The position numbers and the translations under genes are program-made. 10,206 bases of DNA from Pseudomonadota bacterium (GTDB taxonomy: Bacteria; UBA10199; 2-02-FULL-44-16; JBDRGF01), in the NCBI GenBank assembly GCA_043818055.1, contig JBDRGF010000091.1, forward strand, positions 1 through 10,206. Reading direction: 5' to 3'. This document shows positions 6,529-10,206 of the stretch, one piece after another (the first letter of the stretch is position 1; each line of letters starts with the position of its first letter). The notes below the pieces were generated by a model. It worked only from the letters and a program-made list of their open reading frames with translations, was not told the origin of the DNA and searched no databases.

Positions 6529-7410
6529 TCAGAAGTCATACTTCAAATCCACCCCACCAACAAAATTATTTGGATCCGTCGTAGCCCTTCGTAGGGATGG
6601 GGCGATGATTGTAGTGATCGAGAGGTTGGGTATAACTGACAAACCCTTCCACGCCTTCCATGTGAGCGAGAGATCGTATTCGAATAGGTTGAGTTTGGTT
6701 CCGACATCCGCGATATGATTCTTGTTGAAGCGTTTGTCGCCAACTCCCAGCAAGATGGATGTATGAAGCATGAGCTGCTCTAGAAGGTCGTAATGAAAAC
6801 CGCTTCCAAAATCGAACCAGATCGAACCTCTGGTGCCATATGCGTTGACTGCAAAGAGTGTAAATATGTCGAAGTATTTCCATATCGGATAGGAGAGGTT
6901 CAGCCTGAACTCAACAGATGACTTGTTTGAGTAGTCGAGCGAATTCACATTCTTGTTTGGATAGTATATGATGACGGCCAGAGGGGTGATTGAGAGTTTA
7001 TGAAATTCGGTTGAATAATAGGGGATGAAATCAATCTCATTAAATTGACCCTGGTTTGCCTCATCGTTTAGGACGAAGTTTCCCCATATCGTTGTTCCAA
7101 AGCCGTAAAATTCGAGAGTTGCGCTAGGTTGCCAGACGAAACCTTTGCTTGAGGCCAGTCCCCTCCACACGTATTTCGAAAGAAAATCAAACTCCACATT
7201 AGCAGAGAGATGTTTGATCAGCTTTTCATGTTTGACATCGCAATGGCGATCTTCCACTCCTCTTGTGGGTCGGTTGAAATTTCGCGGTGTGTCTCTGTGT
7301 TTCCCCGGATCGGAAAAGTATGATGGTGGACAGGTTTCATCTTCATCTGTGGCAAAGCTCTGAAGTGGAATTGCGATGAGCAAGATGAGCATAAATAAAA
7401 AATAACGCAT
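6529..7410 (-). CDS. Outer-membrane beta-barrel protein, TorF/Gcw_chp-like putative porin
   Basis: Signal peptide MRYFLFMLILLIAIPLQSFA, SKYVWRG and NEIDF motifs, alternating aromatic beta-strands and a C-terminal Phe (VDLKYDF). AGGGGGA RBS before the ATG at 7410. Confidence 0.7.
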   Translation of the reverse strand: MRYFLFMLILLIAIPLQSFATDEDETCPPSYFSDPGKHRDTPRNFNRPTRGVEDRHCDVKHEKLIKHLSANVEFDFLSKYVWRGLASSKGFVWQPSATLEFYGFGTTIWGNFVLNDEANQGQFNEIDFIPYYSTEFHKLSITPLAVIIYYPNKNVNSLDYSNKSSVEFRLNLSYPIWKYFDIFTLFAVNAYGTRGSIWFDFGSGFHYDLLEQLMLHTSILLGVGDKRFNKNHIADVGTKLNLFEYDLSLTWKAWKGLSVIPNLSITTIIAPSLRRATTDPNNFVGGVDLKYDF

Positions 7411-7481
7411 GAGATCCCCCCTTTTCTTTTGTATGATAATTCTTTTGAACATAAAAACCAATAAAAGAATGAACAGAAAGA

Positions 7482-7611
7482 AAAAGCGCATGTTGCATGT
7501 GGCATGTAGTATGTGGTAAAACCAAAATCACCAAGCCCTTCCCCTGGAGGGGGGAAGGTGCCCGTAGGGCGGATGGGGGTGAGGTTTTTACCACATGCCA
7601 CATACGTCTTT
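7482..7611. repeat. Palindromic intergenic element, copy B (inverted relative to copy A)
   Basis: Core CACCAAGCCCTTCCCCTGGAGGGGGGAAGGTGCCCGTAGGGCGGATGGGGGTGAGG (7529-7584). Terminal inverted repeats at 7482-7502/7591-7611 (17/21), made of CATGTGG-like heptamers. Confidence 0.9.
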
Positions 7612-7626
7612 GTATTTGGGGGTTCT

Positions 7627-9183
7627 ATGGAAGAAAAAAAGAGTTTGAAGAAGGCGTTGGGTTTGGTTACGCTTACCTCACTTGGCGTTGGTAGCATGAT
7701 AGGCTCTGGAATCTTTGCCCTTCCCGCTGCCATGTCGGTCGTAGCTGGGCCCTCTCTGATATTTTCTATACTGATAGCTGGCATCATCACGACATTTTTG
7801 GCGATTGCATACGCCGAACTTGGAGCGGCATTTCCGCTCACAGGCGGGCCATATTCTCTGCCGCGCCTTGCTATGGGTGATCTCGGCGGCTTCATCATGG
7901 GATGGGGATATTTCATCTATCTCTTCATTGGCACCGCAGCTGTGATAGATATCTTCGTCGTCTATCTTGGCTTCTACATTCCGGGGCTGGCTATCGGGGA
8001 GAGACTCACCTCTACAGGTATTTCAATTGCGCTTATCGCGCTGTGGGTATTCACGATCATAAATATCCTTGGTGTTAAGTGGGGTGGCCTTTATAGCCTA
8101 ATCACAACTGTTGGAAAGCTTCTCCCTCTCTTCATCTTTGGCCTTGTCGGTTTGAAGTACGTCACTTCATCGAACTTCACACCATTTTTTCCGATGGGAT
8201 TCGGCGGCGTGACGATAGCGATCACGCTATTTTTCTGGTCATATACTGGTTTCGAATCGATAGTCATTCCATCTGAGGAGATAACTAACCCATCGCGCAC
8301 GATACCGCTTGCAATGATCATGACGATGCTGATCACCATCGTCGTCTATATTTTTATCGCCTGCGTATTCGTCGGCATGATCGACTGGAGCGGCTTGCAT
8401 CTTGCTGTTGGCGATTGGAGTGGCATCGGAAAGCTCTCGTCGCCGCTCGCGGATATATCGATGGGGCTCGGTTTGCCCGTGCTCGCTGCCATTGCCACCG
8501 TCGGCGCGATCATCGCCACAGCTGGAGCCGGAGGGGATTGGGTGTTGCTTCAGGGGAGGCTTCCGTTCGCGATGGCGCACGATGCCCTCTTCCTTTCGTC
8601 TATGGCCAAAGTGAACAAGCGTTTCGGAACGCCGGCGGCCTCTCTCATCTTCACATCGGTGCTCACTTCGATCGTATTGATAGCGATTCCAAACTTTCCC
8701 TCAGTCGCGCTGATTGCATCGGTTGCGGCGATCGTCCCATACGCGGCCGCGGCCATTTCGGTTCCGATTTTAAGAAGGACTAAAGCATCCACGCCGCGGC
8801 CATTCAGGTTGCCATTCGCAACCCTTGTGACGTTACTCGGATTCATCTTTGCGACATTTCTCATCTATTGGGCATCGTGGCCGTGGACGGGAGTCGGAGC
8901 CCTTTTGATATTGAGCGCTTACCCTGCATTTCTCTTCGTGAGGAGAAAAAATCTTGAGCTTAAAAGAAACGCATGGGTGCCCGTATATATGGCGGGGATT
9001 GTCGGAGTCTCATTAATCGGCGACAAACATTTTTCGTTCAACAACTTCACACCATGGTCGCCGCTGGGAATATTACGAATGCCATACGATCTGATCGTTC
9101 TGGCAATTTTTGCAACATTGATATATGTTTGGGTTTATAAAGTGAATGTAAAAAAACGTGAAACGTCCACCCGTGAAGTGTGA
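7627..9183 (+). CDS. APC superfamily amino-acid permease
   Basis: TM1 GSMIGSGIF, AYAELGAAFPLTGGPY, TM6 FWSYTGFES, EEITNPSRTIP and RPFRLP, with about 14 hydrophobic segments. Start at ATG 7627 (MEEKKSLKKALG). The upstream extension in the ORF track is repeat-derived. Confidence 0.93.
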   Translation: MEEKKSLKKALGLVTLTSLGVGSMIGSGIFALPAAMSVVAGPSLIFSILIAGIITTFLAIAYAELGAAFPLTGGPYSLPRLAMGDLGGFIMGWGYFIYLFIGTAAVIDIFVVYLGFYIPGLAIGERLTSTGISIALIALWVFTIINILGVKWGGLYSLITTVGKLLPLFIFGLVGLKYVTSSNFTPFFPMGFGGVTIAITLFFWSYTGFESIVIPSEEITNPSRTIPLAMIMTMLITIVVYIFIACVFVGMIDWSGLHLAVGDWSGIGKLSSPLADISMGLGLPVLAAIATVGAIIATAGAGGDWVLLQGRLPFAMAHDALFLSSMAKVNKRFGTPAASLIFTSVLTSIVLIAIPNFPSVALIASVAAIVPYAAAAISVPILRRTKASTPRPFRLPFATLVTLLGFIFATFLIYWASWPWTGVGALLILSAYPAFLFVRRKNLELKRNAWVPVYMAGIVGVSLIGDKHFSFNNFTPWSPLGILRMPYDLIVLAIFATLIYVWVYKVNVKKRETSTREV

Positions 9184-9250
9184 AGCGCGAGTGGAAATGG
9201 TTACAATAGTTTTCCTTGTACGTTTCACGTTTCACGATCGACGCTTCACG
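9157..9250. repeat. Inverted arrays of CGTGAA(A/G) heptamers
   Basis: Left arm CGTGAAA CGTCCAC C CGTGAAG TGTGAAG CG (9157-9187). Right arm, read on the minus strand: CGTGAAG CGTCGAT CGTGAAA CGTGAAA CG (9250-9221). Confidence 0.8.
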
Positions 9251-9268
9251 TAATTTAAAGGAGGAAGA

Positions 9269-10206
9269 ATGGGATTCAATTTAAAGGGTAGGAATTTTTT
9301 AACGCTTAAAGATTTTTCGCATCAGGAGATACAGTTTCTTTTGGATCTTTCGATCGAGCTCAAGAGGAAAAAATATGCTGGTGAGAAGGGGAAGAGCTTG
9401 CTGGGTAAGAGCATCGCTCTCATCTTTGAAAAGGCATCGACGCGAACGCGGTGTGCATTTGTTGTGGGGGCTTATGATGAAGGTGCGCATGCTGAATATC
9501 TCGGCAAGAACGATATTCAGCTCGGCAAGAAGGAGAGTGTCAAGGATACCGCAAGGGTGTTGGGACGCATGTTCGACGGAATTCAGTTCAGAGGGTTCGC
9601 GCATGAGACGGTCGAGACGCTGGCTAAATATGCGGGTGTTCCCGTCTGGAACGGCCTCACTGACAAATTTCATCCGACACAAATATTAGCAGATTTCATG
9701 ACCGTCATCGAAAATGGGATGAAGCTCAAAGGCCTGAAGTTTGCATATTGCGGGGATGGACGGAGCAATATGGCCAACTCTCTTATGATAGGCTCCGCCA
9801 AGATGGGAGTCGATTTCAGAATCGTCACGGATAAGTCTCTCTTTCCCGCGAAAGAACTTGTCGATGAAATGAAGGCGATTGCAGTTGAGAGCGAGGGAAA
9901 GATCACACTGACAGATAGCGTTGATGAGGGAGTAAAGGGAGCGGATGTGATCTATACCGATGTCTGGGCATCGATGGGGGAGGAAGATAAAATTCCTGAA
10001 CGCATTAAACTCTTGAAGCCATATCAGGTGAACGAAAAGATGCTCGAGAAAACTCAGAATAAGGAAGTTATTTTCCTGCACTGTCTGCCATGTTTTCACG
10101 CTCACGACACCGAGTTCGCTAAAAAATTTCCCGACATCTGCGAAGCGACCGATGGCGTATTCGAAGGTAAACATTCGAGAGTATTCGATCAAGCGGAAAA
10201 CCGCGT
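9269..10206 (+). CDS. argF: Ornithine carbamoyltransferase (ArgF/ArcB family); 3' end beyond the right edge
   Basis: Manual translation from ATG 9269 (RBS AAGGAGG) gives MGFNLKGRNFLTLKDF...FEKASTRTRCAF...KESVKDTARVLGRMFDGIQFRG...NGLTDKFHPTQILAD...YTDVWASMGEE...FLHCLP...VFDQAENR. STRT, HPTQ, SMG and HCLP are all present. It is missing from the ORF track. Confidence 0.96.
   Translation, partial: MGFNLKGRNFLTLKDFSHQEIQFLLDLSIELKRKKYAGEKGKSLLGKSIALIFEKASTRTRCAFVVGAYDEGAHAEYLGKNDIQLGKKESVKDTARVLGRMFDGIQFRGFAHETVETLAKYAGVPVWNGLTDKFHPTQILADFMTVIENGMKLKGLKFAYCGDGRSNMANSLMIGSAKMGVDFRIVTDKSLFPAKELVDEMKAIAVESEGKITLTDSVDEGVKGADVIYTDVWASMGEEDKIPERIKLLKPYQVNEKMLEKTQNKEVIFLHCLPCFHAHDTEFAKKFPDICEATDGVFEGKHSRVFDQAENR

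Noticed and set aside
7411..7491. N-terminal extension of the outer-membrane protein (a second signal-like stretch)
   Set aside because: It starts in the repeat TIR and is translated from AT-rich intergenic DNA. The ATG at 7410 has an RBS and a proper signal peptide.
7513..7626. N-terminal extension of the permease in the ORF track
   Set aside because: It lies mostly inside repeat copy B. Family-like sequence begins at MEEKKSLKKALG (7627).
7218..7916. 232-aa minus-strand ORF and other short ORFs over 7145-7694
   Set aside because: They are antisense to the permease or out of frame with the porin and cross the repeat, so they are typical shadow ORFs.
9299..10192. ORF-track entries at 9299-9682, 9375-9689, 9670-9906 and 9686-10192
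   Set aside because: All overlap the unambiguous OTCase frame starting at 9269.

Overview
A bacterial chromosomal window, probably from a diderm (Gram-negative) organism, dominated by membrane and signalling genes. In order: a PD-(D/E)xK-like nuclease-fold gene running off the left edge (minus strand, absent from the ORF track); a Bax inhibitor-1/YccA membrane protein; an AT-rich, soluble, divergent histidine-kinase/GHKL-like protein; two YdcZ-type DMT transporters; a glycine-zipper membrane protein; a Hanks-type Ser/Thr kinase with one TM helix and a C-terminal Cache-like sensor; a TorF/Gcw_chp-like outer-membrane protein; an APC amino-acid permease; and an ornithine carbamoyltransferase running off the right edge (also absent from the ORF track). 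The main non-coding feature is five palindromic or repeat elements from four families. Two are inverted copies (527-697 and 7482-7611) of a multi-hairpin element with heptamer-based terminal inverted repeats, one carrying a structure-preserving 22-nt insertion. The others are a triple ACACCNGGTGT palindrome array, a GTAG-tagged REP doublet and an inverted CGTGAAR heptamer array. No rRNA, tRNA, CRISPR array or transposase is visible.
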